The translations under genes and the position numbers were made by a program. DNA of 64,000 nt from Trichormus sp. ATA11-4-KO1 (GTDB taxonomy: Bacteria > Cyanobacteriota > Cyanobacteriia > Cyanobacteriales > Nostocaceae). The stretch spans positions 1-64,000 of the forward strand of contig JAHHIM010000023.1 of the NCBI GenBank assembly GCA_019358915.1. Direction: 5' to 3'. The notes beneath the pieces are model-generated. The model saw nothing but the letters and a program-made list of their open reading frames with translations. It was not told where the DNA came from and did no database searches. This document shows positions 51,784 through 62,789 of the stretch, piece after piece. Numbering within the stretch: position 1 is the stretch's first letter; each line of letters begins with the position of its first letter.

Positions 51784-52647
51784 TCAGCTAGAGATGCGGT
51801 GTACAGCAGGCAATACAGTACGCTGATACAGGTGGAAGCGATCGCCATAGCTGAGGATATGCAGTCGTAAATTATGCACAGTCAGAGGTTCATTAGCGCC
51901 GACATGAGGTTCATTGGTGTGGGTCACTTCTGTAGGATCGACAATGGTGACACTGCCTTTGCCTACAACTTGTAGCCAACCATCGCGTTCAAAAACAGCA
52001 CAGGTATCTTCATCAATGCCGATACCTAAACGGTCGGGATGAGCTGCGATCGCACTAATTAGGCGACCCATGCGATTACGATTGTGAAAGTGCTGGTCAA
52101 CAATCACCTCAGGGATAAAACCCAAACCCGTTGCCATATCGACCAAAGAACGATTGGGTGTCTCACCACTACCGCCGCCAGCAATCATATGATGCCCCAT
52201 CACTGCTGCCCCCGCACTGGTGCCTGCTAGGGTAAGTTGACCCGACCGCACTCGCTGCCGGATAATTTCCATTGCTGGCGTATCTGACAGTACACCACAG
52301 AGGCGTAATTGGTCTCCTCCCGTCAAAAAAACTCCACTACAGGCTTCTAAGGATGCTTTCACTTGGGGAGTTTCGCACTGTTCCCGTTCGCGGATGTCTA
52401 AAATTTCGACTTTTTCAGCACCCATTTCTTCAAAAATGCGAATATACCGACCACCGATGATAGCGGGTTCGCGAGAGGCTGATGGAATAATTGTAATATA
52501 GGCCTTACTCGCACCAGCACGACCAAAAAAAGTTCTGAGGATATCGCGTCCATGAACTTTATCTTCTGCGCCTCCGATGACCAGAACGGCGGTTTTAGTT
52601 GCTTGGGGTGTCCTCATTTCCAGCGATTTAGCTTTTAATTGCGGCAT
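51784..52647 (-). CDS. cphB: Cyanophycinase
   Basis: IGGAEDK, TGGDQ, GTSAGA, DQHF, GIDEDT; start ATG 52647 with SD AGGAG. Confidence 0.95.
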   Translation of the reverse strand: MPQLKAKSLEMRTPQATKTAVLVIGGAEDKVHGRDILRTFFGRAGASKAYITIIPSASREPAIIGGRYIRIFEEMGAEKVEILDIREREQCETPQVKASLEACSGVFLTGGDQLRLCGVLSDTPAMEIIRQRVRSGQLTLAGTSAGAAVMGHHMIAGGGSGETPNRSLVDMATGLGFIPEVIVDQHFHNRNRMGRLISAIAAHPDRLGIGIDEDTCAVFERDGWLQVVGKGSVTIVDPTEVTHTNEPHVGANEPLTVHNLRLHILSYGDRFHLYQRTVLPAVHRISS

Positions 52648-53291
52648 TATGTTTCTCCTGTCAACAACTTCAGGAGCCATCGCCTTGGACGGTGAGTGCA
52701 GCCACACGTGCGGCTTTGCCGCCGAGTGGACTGCCGTTCGCGTCAGCGTGCCGGAGGCATCACCCAAAGGGGTTCCCCGGCTTGTGGCGAATGGCATGTG
52801 AATTTAACAAGGTCAGTAGCCTGATGATTTTTGCACTTTGCTTTTTTTGGGAGGACACTTTTCTGAAGTTGGGAGCGGCGACAGCCACCATGCCATCTTC
52901 TCGCTGAATACACATGTTCCTCAAAATTCATGTGTCCATTGCTGTTCCTCAAAGCCAGCGCCTTGTTGTTCACCTGTCCACTTGTTCCAGACCAGCAAAA
53001 TAATGCTTGGGAGACGAGGGAGAACACTTCTGTGAGAGGTTGATCCCGTTTTCGGCGGAACGCTTTCCCGCAGGTGAGAAAGTGTATGTTTCCCCTTTGG
53101 GATTGGGGGCGAGCAGGTTTTAACCTTGCCTTTGAGCGAAGCGAAGGGACGCTTTTTCTGAGGCTGGCTTGATGCATCCTGGAAGTTGTTAACTTGGTCA
53201 GATTATTAATTTAAATGTAGTTGTGACAATATTTAAACACAAATTAAGTAATTAGAAAAACTTTTGATCCTACGAAAAATCAATAGTTCTG

Positions 53292-53305
53292 GTACTTTTA
53301 GACAC
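53292..53305 (-). promoter_or_regulatory. Possible imperfect NtcA site upstream of cphB
   Basis: Minus strand GTG-N8-TAC (GTGTCTAAAAGTAC) inside the inverted repeat CAATAGT...ACTATTG; TAN3T (TAGGAT) about 19 nt downstream. Confidence 0.4.
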
Positions 53306-53401
53306 TATTGATTAAACTTATCTGTAGTTCTATCCTACATTGACTGATTGTGTTTGCTAGACATTCATTCTTTAGATTAGTGTTCTCGAATACGAATTAC
53401 T

Positions 53402-54121
53402 GTGCGCTTTGATATAGTTACACTTTTTCCTGACTGTTTTACCTCAGTTTTAAGTTCTGGGCTACTGGGTAAAGCCTTAGCTAAACAGATTGCCCAAGTG
53501 AATCTAGTTAATCCCAGAGATTTTACCACCGATAAGCACCATAAAGCTGATGATGAACCCTATGGCGGTGGAGTGGGGATGCTGATGAAGCCAGAACCGA
53601 TCTTTACTGCTGTAGAATCGCTGCCAATTTTACCCCGCAGAGAGATTATTTTAATGAGTCCGCAGGGTCAAGTAATGAATCAACCTCTGCTGCGAGAACT
53701 GGCCGCAAATTATGACCAGCTAGTGGTAATCTGCGGCCATTATGAAGGAGTGGATGAGAGGGTGTTACATTTAGTTACTCGTGAGGTATCTTTAGGCGAT
53801 TTTATTTTGACTGGTGGGGAAATCCCCTCAATGGCATTAATGAATGGCGTGATTAGGCTTTTACCAGGAACTGTGGGCAAAGTTGAATCTCTGAAGGCAG
53901 AAAGTTTCGAGGAAGGGTTGCTGGACTATCCCCAGTACACTCGCCCTGCCAATTTTCGCGGTTGGAAAGTGCCTGATGTTTTATTATCTGGGAATCATGC
54001 CGAAATTGCCCGATGGCGATATGAACAACAAATTCAAAGAACAGGCGATCGCCGCCCTGATTTGCTGGAAAAATGGCAACAGGAGAAGCAGGGGAGCAGG
54101 GGAGCAGAGGAGCAGGGGTGA
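53402..54121 (+). CDS. trmD: tRNA (guanine-N1)-methyltransferase
   Basis: DDEPYGGGVGM, CGHYEGVDER, SLGDFILTGGE, YPQYTRP. Confidence 0.97.
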   Translation: MRFDIVTLFPDCFTSVLSSGLLGKALAKQIAQVNLVNPRDFTTDKHHKADDEPYGGGVGMLMKPEPIFTAVESLPILPRREIILMSPQGQVMNQPLLRELAANYDQLVVICGHYEGVDERVLHLVTREVSLGDFILTGGEIPSMALMNGVIRLLPGTVGKVESLKAESFEEGLLDYPQYTRPANFRGWKVPDVLLSGNHAEIARWRYEQQIQRTGDRRPDLLEKWQQEKQGSRGAEEQG

Positions 54122-54150
54122 AATTTTTTCTCAATAACTAATGATTAAAC

Positions 54151-54633
54151 ATGAATATTCGGATTGGTAACGGTTACGACATCCATCGATTGGTGAGCGA
54201 TCGCCCTTTAATTTTAGGAGGCATCCAAATTTCTCACGAACTTGGTTTATTGGGACATAGTGACGCTGATGTGCTAACCCACGCCATTATGGATGCCATG
54301 TTGGGGGCATTATCCTTGGGGGATATTGGTCATTATTTTCCCCCCAGCGATCCTCAATGGGCAGGGGCAGATAGTTTGCTGCTATTAACTCAAGTACATC
54401 AGCTAATTCGAGATCAAGGCTGGCAGATAGGCAATATTGACTCGGTAGTAGTGGCAGAACGTCCAAAATTGAAACCGCATATTGAAAAGATGCGTGCTAA
54501 GTTAGCAACTGTTTTACAATTACAACCAAATCAAATTGGGATCAAAGCTACCACCAACGAAAAATTAGGACCCGTTGGACGTGAAGAAGGTATATGTGCT
54601 CATGCTGTTGTCTTGCTCATAGCATCAAAGTAG
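54151..54633 (+). CDS. ispF: 2-C-methyl-D-erythritol 2,4-cyclodiphosphate synthase
   Basis: [32 protein letters not shown]. Confidence 0.97.
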   Translation: MNIRIGNGYDIHRLVSDRPLILGGIQISHELGLLGHSDADVLTHAIMDAMLGALSLGDIGHYFPPSDPQWAGADSLLLLTQVHQLIRDQGWQIGNIDSVVVAERPKLKPHIEKMRAKLATVLQLQPNQIGIKATTNEKLGPVGREEGICAHAVVLLIASK

Positions 54634-54740
54634 TTTGTCTTGGTTTTAACAGTGTAGCTATTTCATAATCCTGAGAATGAAATCAATAGTTTAAAAGTAA
54701 TTTTTTGTTGAGTATAGTTCACTATTTGCGTCTGGAAATT

Positions 54741-56531
54741 ATGATATTTACTAGTAGTATCCTTCATGTAATTAAAAAGTTTTGGTTACCAGTAATTCTG
54801 GCTTCAGCTACAGCAATTACAGTTGCAGGTTGTAACCCATCTAATTTTAAAAGCACAGATGCTCAGGTACCGCAATTAGTCAACAGCATTCTCAGTGATC
54901 CCCAAACCTTTAACTATCCGCTCAATCAAGATGCATCAACATCAAGTCTGCTGGGATTGATGTTTGATGGCTTAACCAACCAAAACCCGATAACTGGTGA
55001 ATTTGAACCAATATTAGCAGAATCATGGGAAATTACTGAAGACAAATTGGGGTTTGTTTTTACCATACGAGAGGGTTTGAAATGGTCTGATGGGCAGCCT
55101 TTAACAGTAGATGATGTTATTTTTACCTACAACGACGTTTACCTGAATCAAGACATTCCCACAGACGCTAGAGACGTTTTGCGGATTGGTGAAAGTCGAG
55201 CATTACCGAAGGTACGAAAAATTGATGCTCGACGGGTTGAATTCAGGACTCCAGAACCATTTGCACCATTTTTGGGAGTTTTGGGACTACCAATTTTACC
55301 TGCTCATGCTTTAGAAAAATTTGTCAAAACCAAAGACCAAGAAGGTAAGCCAGTATTTCTGTCAAAATGGGGTGTTGATACTCCACCTGACCAAATCATC
55401 GTTAATGGCCTTTACAAACTAGAGCGTTATGACACAAGTCAACGTATAATCCTTCAACGTAATCCTTACTATTGGCGTAAAGGGCCACAAGGAGAATCTC
55501 AACCTTATATTGAAAGGATTGTATGGCCAATTGTCGAATCAACAGATACTTCCTTGCTGCAATTTCGTTCTGGCGGTTTAGATTCTGTAGCAGTGACACC
55601 AGAATATTTTTCTTTGTTAAAAAAGCAAGAAAAACAGGGTAATTTCACAATTTATAACGGCGGGCCAGCTACTGGGACGACGTTTGTTTTGTTTAATCTC
55701 AACAAAGGGAGAAGAGATGGCAAACCGCTAGTAGATCCAGTAAAGTCACGTTGGTTCAATACAGTTGAATTTCGCCAGGCGGTAGCTTATGCTATTGACC
55801 GCCAAACGATGATTAATAATACTTTCCGTGGCTTGGGACAAACTCAAAATTCACCAATCACCGTCCAAAGTCCTTATTACATGTCGCCGGAAGAAGGACT
55901 AAAAACCTACGATTATAATCCAGAAAAAGCTAAAGAACTGCTACAAAAAGCTGGATTTAAATATAACGCCCAAGGTCAACTATTAGATGCCCAAGATAAC
56001 CGCGTTCGCTTTACTTTGTTGACAAATGCGGGAAATAGAATCCGCGAAGCAATGGGAGCGCAAATTGCCCAAGATTTAGGCAAAATGGGGATGCAGGTCG
56101 ATTTTACTCCAATCGCATGGAATACTTTTACAGATAAGCTGGCGAATACACTCGACTGGGATGCTTCTTTACTAGGATTTACTGGTGGTTTAGAACCGAA
56201 TAGTGGAGCTAACGTCTGGAATCCTGAAGGTGGATTACATATGTTTAATCAAAAACCCCAAGCCGGACAAAAGCCCATTGAAGGTTGGGAAGTAGCGCCT
56301 TGGGAAGCAAGAATTGGTGAGCTTTACATTCAAGCCGCCAGGGAATTAGACGAAGCCAAGCGAAAAGCAATTTATGCCCAAACCCAAAAAATTACCCAAG
56401 AAAATTTACCATTGATTTACCTGGTTAATCCTTATTCACTATCAGCAGTGCGGAATAAATTTGCAGGAATTCAATTCTCAGCCTTGGGTGGCGCATTCTG
56501 GAATATTCATGAAATCAAAATTGTTAATTAA
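54741..56531 (+). CDS. Peptide/nickel ABC transporter substrate-binding lipoprotein (SBP family 5)
   Basis: Lipobox VAGC, DPQTFN, LAESWE, KWSDGQPLTVDDVIFTY. Confidence 0.9.
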   Translation: MIFTSSILHVIKKFWLPVILASATAITVAGCNPSNFKSTDAQVPQLVNSILSDPQTFNYPLNQDASTSSLLGLMFDGLTNQNPITGEFEPILAESWEITEDKLGFVFTIREGLKWSDGQPLTVDDVIFTYNDVYLNQDIPTDARDVLRIGESRALPKVRKIDARRVEFRTPEPFAPFLGVLGLPILPAHALEKFVKTKDQEGKPVFLSKWGVDTPPDQIIVNGLYKLERYDTSQRIILQRNPYYWRKGPQGESQPYIERIVWPIVESTDTSLLQFRSGGLDSVAVTPEYFSLLKKQEKQGNFTIYNGGPATGTTFVLFNLNKGRRDGKPLVDPVKSRWFNTVEFRQAVAYAIDRQTMINNTFRGLGQTQNSPITVQSPYYMSPEEGLKTYDYNPEKAKELLQKAGFKYNAQGQLLDAQDNRVRFTLLTNAGNRIREAMGAQIAQDLGKMGMQVDFTPIAWNTFTDKLANTLDWDASLLGFTGGLEPNSGANVWNPEGGLHMFNQKPQAGQKPIEGWEVAPWEARIGELYIQAARELDEAKRKAIYAQTQKITQENLPLIYLVNPYSLSAVRNKFAGIQFSALGGAFWNIHEIKIVN

Positions 56532-56621
56532 GGGGAGTAGGGAGTAGGAAGTATTTTTGTTCTTGCCCCCTTGTCCCCTTGTCCCCTTGTCCCCCCATCC
56601 CCCACTCCCTATTAAACTACC

Positions 56622-57410
56622 GTGACTCAACCTGAAGCCTTGCGATCGCTCCTCCAATCGGTTGCCAATGGTAAAGTTACCCCAGAGATGGCATTAGAAT
56701 CACTCAAAGATTTAGCCTATGAACCTGTGGGTGAGTTTGCTAAAATTGACCATCATCGCCAGCTAAGAACTGGTTTTCCAGAGGTAATTTGGGGGCCAGG
56801 TAAGACTCCCGAACAAATTGCCCAAATTATGCAGGTAATGCGCCTCCGTAACCCGGTGGTAATGGCAACCCGGATTGAACCAAGCGTTTATACAGCACTG
56901 CAACCACAAGTTAGTGATTTGCATTACTACGAATTGGCGCGAATTTGTGCTATTGCTCCCCCTAATGTCGAACCCCAATTTGCAGGATTAATCGGTATTC
57001 TCTCTGCTGGTACTGCTGATTTACCTGTAGCTGAAGAAGCGGCCATTACGGCAGAACTTTCTGGTTTTCGTGTCCAGCGTCTTTGGGATGTTGGCGTTGC
57101 CGGAATTCACCGCTTGCTTAGTAATCGCCACCTCATCGAATCATCATCAGTATTAATTGTTGTGGCGGGGATGGAAGGCGCTTTGCCTAGTGTTGTAGCA
57201 GGTTTGGCAAGTTGTCCTGTGATTGCTGTTCCTACTAGCGTGGGTTATGGAGCGAGTTTTGGCGGGTTAGCGCCCCTATTGACAATGCTCAATTCCTGTG
57301 CTGCTGGTGTGGGGGTAGTAAATATTGATAATGGTTTTGGTGCTGCTGTTCTAGCAGGGCAAATTTTGCGAACAGCCGAGAAATTGCGGTTGGCATCGTC
57401 TGCATCTTGA
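56622..57410 (+). CDS. larB: LarB/CpmA (PurE-like) protein
   Basis: DHHRQLRTGFPEVI, AGTADLPVAEEA, DVGVAGIHRL, AGMEGALPS, PTSVGYG, VNIDNGFGA. Confidence 0.9.
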   Translation: MTQPEALRSLLQSVANGKVTPEMALESLKDLAYEPVGEFAKIDHHRQLRTGFPEVIWGPGKTPEQIAQIMQVMRLRNPVVMATRIEPSVYTALQPQVSDLHYYELARICAIAPPNVEPQFAGLIGILSAGTADLPVAEEAAITAELSGFRVQRLWDVGVAGIHRLLSNRHLIESSSVLIVVAGMEGALPSVVAGLASCPVIAVPTSVGYGASFGGLAPLLTMLNSCAAGVGVVNIDNGFGAAVLAGQILRTAEKLRLASSAS

Positions 57411-57522
57411 GTTATGACAGTTAAGTTATACGTAAGATTTCCGTATGTGGTCAGTGTGTAGTAGTGAAAAACACATATCTGTCCACTGTTAATTACAACC
57501 CATAACTCATGAATTACCAAGT

Positions 57523-57729
57523 ATGAACTACTTTAGTGATGTGATATCTCAGTTACTTTGGCATGTACCTGTAAATCTGACGATGCTAGCTCAACACATT
57601 ACCGATCCAGACCTGATGGGTCAGATCCAGCAAAGTTGGAACAACTTTGTACAAACAGGTCAAGTGTGGGCGCTATTGATTGGATTGATAGTTGGTTATA
57701 TCCTGCGGAATCTCACAAGTTACGGTTGA
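57523..57729 (+). CDS. Small membrane hypothetical protein
   Basis: 68-aa ORF with FVQTGQVWALLIGLIVGY TM segment. Confidence 0.65.
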   Translation: MNYFSDVISQLLWHVPVNLTMLAQHITDPDLMGQIQQSWNNFVQTGQVWALLIGLIVGYILRNLTSYG

Positions 57730-57794
57730 TACGAGTGGGGAGTGGAAGGCGACAAGGGGACAAGGGGACACTCATATCTTGCACTCCTGCACTG

Positions 57795-57937
57795 GAAGTC
57801 GCGGCTACACAGGCCAAACCCGCACTTCGACAAGCTCAGTAACCACCTACGCGGGTTAAAACCCTTGATTTTCCGTGAGTCCGCGCAGGCGGACTTAGTT
57901 TGTATAGCCGCGTACAGCCTAGCGGCATCCGGAGGCT
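57795..57937. repeat. Composite palindromic dispersed repeat with nested insertions
   Basis: AAACCCGC[ACTTCGACAAGCTCAGTAACC]ACCTACGCGGGTT, then GAGTCCGCGCAGGCGGACTT..., related to 11009-11066 and 3276-3298. Confidence 0.65.
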
Positions 57938-58060
57938 CTTTTCTAATCGCCAGGGCTAGGTGCAAGATGTCAGGACAAGGGAAAGGAAGAGTGATAAATT
58001 CTTCTTGTGTCTTCCAATTCCCAATGCCCAATTCTCCATTCCCTACTCCCCTAATCATCT

Positions 58061-59446
58061 ATGACTAAAGAACAAACTTGGAGTCAACGGTTTGAATCAG
58101 CGTTGCATCCAGCGATCGCTCGTTTTAATGCCAGTATAGGTTTTGATATTGAATTAATAGAATACGATCTCACTGGTTCTCAAGCTCATGCCAAAATGTT
58201 GGCTCACACGGGTATTATTTCCCCAGCAGAAGGAGAACAACTGGTTGCGGGTTTAGAGCAAATTCGTCAAGAATACCGCCAAGGAAAATTTCAGCCTGGG
58301 ATCGATGCTGAGGATGTACATTTTGCTGTGGAACGGCGATTGACGGAAATTGTGGGTGATGTGGGTAAAAAGCTGCACACGGCGCGATCGCGTAATGACC
58401 AAGTTGGCACTGATACTAGACTTTATCTGCGTGACCAAATCCAACAAATCCGCAGCCAGTTACGGGAGTTTCAACGTGTCTTACTAGATATCGCGGAACA
58501 GCATGTTGAAACCTTGATTCCTGGCTATACTCACCTGCAACGCGCCCAACCTCTGAGTTTAGCTCATCACCTCCTGGCATACTTTCAAATGACACAACGC
58601 GATGGGGAACGCCTGGGGGATGTGTATCGCCGGGTGAATATTTCACCTCTGGGGTGTGGTGCATTGGCGGGAACAACTTTCCCCATTGACCGCCATTACA
58701 CAGCCGAACTCTTGAATTTTGATCGCGTTTATGAGAATAGCTTAGATGGAGTTAGCGATCGCGACTTTGCGATCGAATTTCTTTGTGCTGCTAGCTTAAT
58801 CATGGTTCACCTCAGCCGTCTTTCAGAAGAAATCATTCTTTGGTCATCAGAAGAATTTCGCTTTATCACCCTCAAAGATAGCTGTGCTACTGGTTCCAGT
58901 ATTATGCCCCAAAAGAAAAACCCCGATGTCCCAGAATTGGTACGGGGAAAAACAGGGCGTGTCTTTGGTCATCTCCAGGCCATGCTGGTAATCATGAAGG
59001 GCTTACCCTTGGCGTATAACAAAGACCTACAAGAAGATAAAGAAGGTTTGTTTGACAGTGTTAATACAGTCAAAGCCTCTCTAGAAGCAATGACAATTTT
59101 GCTAAGAGAAGGTTTAGAATTTCGTACCCAACGTTTGACAGCAGCCGTGACAGAAGATTTCTCCAATGCTACCGATGTCGCAGATTATCTAGCGGCGCGG
59201 GGTGTACCCTTCCGAGAAGCCTATAACCTCGTGGGAAAAGTCGTAAAAACCAGTATCGCCGCAGGTAAACTCTTAAAAGATTTGACCTTGGAAGAGTGGC
59301 AACAAATACATCCAGCATTTGCCACAGATATTTATGAGGCAATATCTCCCCGTCAAGTTGTAGCCGCCCGCAACAGTTACGGTGGCACAGGTTTTGTACA
59401 GGTAAATCAAGCGCTTGTTACAGCCCGCGCTCAAATTGTTGAATAG
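58061..59446 (+). CDS. argH: Argininosuccinate lyase
   Basis: [43 protein letters not shown]. Confidence 0.98.
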   Translation: MTKEQTWSQRFESALHPAIARFNASIGFDIELIEYDLTGSQAHAKMLAHTGIISPAEGEQLVAGLEQIRQEYRQGKFQPGIDAEDVHFAVERRLTEIVGDVGKKLHTARSRNDQVGTDTRLYLRDQIQQIRSQLREFQRVLLDIAEQHVETLIPGYTHLQRAQPLSLAHHLLAYFQMTQRDGERLGDVYRRVNISPLGCGALAGTTFPIDRHYTAELLNFDRVYENSLDGVSDRDFAIEFLCAASLIMVHLSRLSEEIILWSSEEFRFITLKDSCATGSSIMPQKKNPDVPELVRGKTGRVFGHLQAMLVIMKGLPLAYNKDLQEDKEGLFDSVNTVKASLEAMTILLREGLEFRTQRLTAAVTEDFSNATDVADYLAARGVPFREAYNLVGKVVKTSIAAGKLLKDLTLEEWQQIHPAFATDIYEAISPRQVVAARNSYGGTGFVQVNQALVTARAQIVE

Positions 59447-59600
59447 GGGAGTAGGGGAGTGAGGGAGTGAGGGAGAATTATAGAAGCAATTTCACCCCAT
59501 TGCCAATGCCCAATGCCCCATACCTAATAACAAATAAGGGCGTACAAGTGTACGCCCAAAAAACTATGAAACTCAAATAACAAGGATTTAAGTAGGCAGC

Positions 59601-59765
59601 TTATTCAGTATCAGCTGCTGCTGTCCCCTCTTCTTCCTCACTCTTCGGCGGTCTCTGTTGGAACCTTCTCTGCATTCTTCCTGTCGTAGTTCGTTTACGA
59701 AACTTTCTGGCATACGCCTGGTTCCGTAGCGCCTTTTCTTTTTTCGGGTTACGGCGCTTGGCCAT
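59601..59765 (-). CDS. Small basic protein, 54 aa (missing from the ORF track)
   Basis: Hand translation MAKRRNPKKEKALRNQAYARKFRKRTTTGRMQRRFQQRPPKSEEEEGTAAADTE; SD GAGGTG just upstream. Confidence 0.7.
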   Translation of the reverse strand: MAKRRNPKKEKALRNQAYARKFRKRTTTGRMQRRFQQRPPKSEEEEGTAAADTE

Positions 59766-60517
59766 GTTCACCTCATTTAATAAACAACAAAAAAGTGCAA
59801 CTAGGCATCACGTAGGCAATATCAGCTACTGATGTTATTGATATACTTTTGGCCTAGCTTAATAACTTCGTCTACTTTTAACAGTATACTAGTCTAACGT
59901 ATTCAATTTATTTATGTCAAGACTAACAAGCAGTCAAATCCTTGAAATAGCAATCCGAAATTAGTCCTTGTGCAAATATTGCGCCTATCAAGCAACACTC
60001 AATTGTTATCCTAGTAAGTCTGCACTATTGACTATAGATGAATCTCACGCGATCAGCGTAACTTAGTTCAGGTATACATCGTTGTTTAGTAACAATTCAT
60101 TTTGATGACAAACTTGGGCAAATTTAATATTAATAATTACATTCTTGAAAGCTATTTAAATATACGTAATAATCAGTTTATATATTTTATAATTTTGTAT
60201 TTAAAACCTAATATCGACCTCTGCTTGCAGTCCTAATCATAGTAATTTCAATTTGAACATGCAAATTAACTCTAGCTAATCTTTGTATAGATAAATACAA
60301 ATAATCTCAAAATTTGTCGGGAAACAAATGGAAAGATTGATATACTATACAAAAGTCGTTAGAATAAAATCCCAAACCACAAGCATATTTGTGTAACACA
60401 AAAATCAACTATCATAAGGTTGATTTTATGTAAGTGGAAGGAAGTTAGAGAACATAACACATAATATATATTTTAAGTTTGAACGTTCTTGCTTTTTTTA
60501 CGACACCTGTTCAGTCC

Positions 60518-60973
60518 ATGCGTAACTTATGGCGTGTTGGTCAAACAGTACTGGGTATTATTTTCCGTCATCCCATTACTGGCACTAGTATCATTCCAAT
60601 ATTACCCGATGGTCGAATTGTGCTGATCCGGCGGCGCGACGATGGCTGCTGGGCATTACCTGGAGGCATGGTGGACTGGGGAGAGGATATTCCGCAGACA
60701 GTCCACCGAGAGTTGATAGAAGAAACTGGACTGGAGTTAGTAAAAATTACACGCTTGGTAGGAGTTTATTCCTCACCTGACCGCGACCCTAGAATCCATT
60801 CAATTTGTGTGGTGGTGGAAGCAGAAGTGCGAGGGACAATGGAAATTCAAGACAGGATGGAAGTGATGGAAATCCAAGCTTTTCCTCCCAATTCTCTACC
60901 TCCAGGAAAAATGTCTCATGACCATACTCGGCAGTTACAGGACTACTTAAATGGGTTGACAACATTGGCATAA
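60518..60973 (+). CDS. NUDIX hydrolase
   Basis: WALPGGMVDWGE..RELIEETG, RDPRIH; start ATG 60518. Confidence 0.9.
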   Translation: MRNLWRVGQTVLGIIFRHPITGTSIIPILPDGRIVLIRRRDDGCWALPGGMVDWGEDIPQTVHRELIEETGLELVKITRLVGVYSSPDRDPRIHSICVVVEAEVRGTMEIQDRMEVMEIQAFPPNSLPPGKMSHDHTRQLQDYLNGLTTLA

Positions 60974-61053
60974 AACTATTTTGGATTTTAGATTTAAGCT
61001 AAAATATCTTATTTAAAATCTCAAGTTTGCTAAAAGTTCACAGTTAAATTCAG

Positions 61054-61869
61054 ATGAATACTCTAATCCGTAACTCCCGGAGAAAACTCTCTCAAGGGCG
61101 ATTATTTTGGCGTGAAGCTGGAGAAGGCACTCCGATAATTTTATTGCATGGTGCTTGGAATGATAGCAGTCAATGGGTATCGGTGATAGAGTCCCTATCT
61201 CAAAATTTCCATTGCTTGGCACCAGATTTATTAGGGTTTGGTGAGTCAGAAAATCCTAGAGTGCATCACTCAATTGATTTCCAGGTGGAGTGTATTGCTG
61301 AATTTCTGCAAGCTGTGAGGCTCGAAAAAGTATATTTAGTGGGATATTCTCTTGGTGGTTGGATTGCTGCTAGTTATGCTTTGAAATATCCAGAACAAGT
61401 GAATGGTTTAGTACTACTAACGCCAGAGGGTGTAGCGATTGAAGGCCAAGAAAAACATTGGCAAAAAATGCGAAAATTACTAAATCGTCCATCGCTAGTA
61501 TTTAAACTATTAAAAATGTTTCATCCTTTAACTAAAATCCTAGGATTGCAAGAAAAAATTGCCAAAGATTTTAGTCTGCGTCAGATGTTGCTGCAATATC
61601 CTGTTGCCTGTCAGTTACTATTTCAAAGGCGGCGGTCAGAAATTGACGCAGAATTACTGCACAACCGATTGTACTTGATGGAAGTTCCAGGTTTAATTTT
61701 GCAAGGTGGTCTAGATTTACTAGATGCCGTAGTCAGAAGTCAAACTTATACTGAACTTATTCCTAAAGTCGAGTTAAAAATAATTGCTCACGCAGGAAAC
61801 GATTTACCTGAATCTTGTCCTGGAGTTATAGCAGAAAATATTCGAGATTTCATTAAAAAGAATGGGTGA
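61054..61869 (+). CDS. Alpha/beta-fold hydrolase
   Basis: LLHG, PDLLGFGES, GYSLGG nucleophile elbow; the usual catalytic His position reads AGND. Confidence 0.85.
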   Translation: MNTLIRNSRRKLSQGRLFWREAGEGTPIILLHGAWNDSSQWVSVIESLSQNFHCLAPDLLGFGESENPRVHHSIDFQVECIAEFLQAVRLEKVYLVGYSLGGWIAASYALKYPEQVNGLVLLTPEGVAIEGQEKHWQKMRKLLNRPSLVFKLLKMFHPLTKILGLQEKIAKDFSLRQMLLQYPVACQLLFQRRRSEIDAELLHNRLYLMEVPGLILQGGLDLLDAVVRSQTYTELIPKVELKIIAHAGNDLPESCPGVIAENIRDFIKKNG

Positions 61870-61890
61870 TGAGAAGCAGATAAATTTCTC

Positions 61891-62679
61891 TTACCTGTTA
61901 CTCATGAATATTTCCCGCATTCCCCAAAAAGTTAAATTTGGTTCCACGATTAAACTGGCGGCAATTTCCGGAAACTGGGCTTGAAGATAGTTAATTAATA
62001 ACAGGCGATCGCCTCCTTTAATGGCAATTTTTCCTTGAGGAAATAACTGCCACCATGCCGCAATAAAATCTTTTATTCCTGCTACTAAAGTGTAAATAAT
62101 TCCACTTTGAATTGCCTCTGGTGTATTCAGTGCAAAGCGCCGAGGTAAAGTAATAATTTCTGTTTCCAACTGTGGTAATTGTCCTGTTTTTTGACCTAAA
62201 GTTGTAAATTGCAAACCTAATCCCGGCAGAATTGCTCCCCCAATTAAACATTGTTCAGCATCTGCACCTGTAAACGTTAATGCTGTACCAGCATCAATAA
62301 CTAACATGGGAAAACCCCAAGTTTTGCCAGCACCAAACAAAGCTAAAGCGCGGTCAATTCCCAATGTGGGATACATACTTAATAGGGGTACTTGGTCTAA
62401 GGTAATAATTTGCACGTGAGGATAGGTTTGCCAAAGTGCGGTTTGACTAGGAACGACGGAGGATAAAAGGAGAGGGGGGGATGGGGGGATAGGGAGATGG
62501 GGGGGAAATTTTTCTGGAGGTAAATCATTCAGAGTTTGACATTGAGCAAGTTGCTGTATAACAGACTCAGGTAAATGCTCAGTATCCCAAGTGTAGTTAA
62601 GAATTTCGCCTGTAAATAAAGCCCAATGCAACCGGGAATTGCCAATCTCTAACGCCAACCAAAGTCTCTGTGGTTTCAC
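61891..62679 (-). CDS. coaX: Type III pantothenate kinase
   Basis: [37 protein letters not shown]. Confidence 0.9.
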   Translation of the reverse strand: MKPQRLWLALEIGNSRLHWALFTGEILNYTWDTEHLPESVIQQLAQCQTLNDLPPEKFPPHLPIPPSPPLLLSSVVPSQTALWQTYPHVQIITLDQVPLLSMYPTLGIDRALALFGAGKTWGFPMLVIDAGTALTFTGADAEQCLIGGAILPGLGLQFTTLGQKTGQLPQLETEIITLPRRFALNTPEAIQSGIIYTLVAGIKDFIAAWWQLFPQGKIAIKGGDRLLLINYLQAQFPEIAASLIVEPNLTFWGMREIFMSNR

Positions 62680-62789
62680 ACTTTTAACTTTTTTAAGTCA
62701 CTCATAGGTTTTTTAATAAAACTTAACAATCAAGGCGTGTCACAATAAAACAGAGGAAAAAATACTCATTTTGTTTAAGGAGGGGAGTT

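Noticed and set aside
52577..53177. Overlapping ORFs upstream of cphB, including the 50-aa N-terminal extension of CphB
   Set aside because: Arise from GC-rich repeat-containing DNA; the SD-supported cphB start is at 52647
56622..57410. Nickel-pincer (lar) operon fed by the adjacent ABC binding protein
   Set aside because: No larA, larC or larE in the window; stand-alone larB/cpmA is common in cyanobacteria and the binding protein's ligand is unknown
57558..58068. Three overlapping ORFs before argH
   Set aside because: Made of dispersed and tandem repeats; no protein-like features
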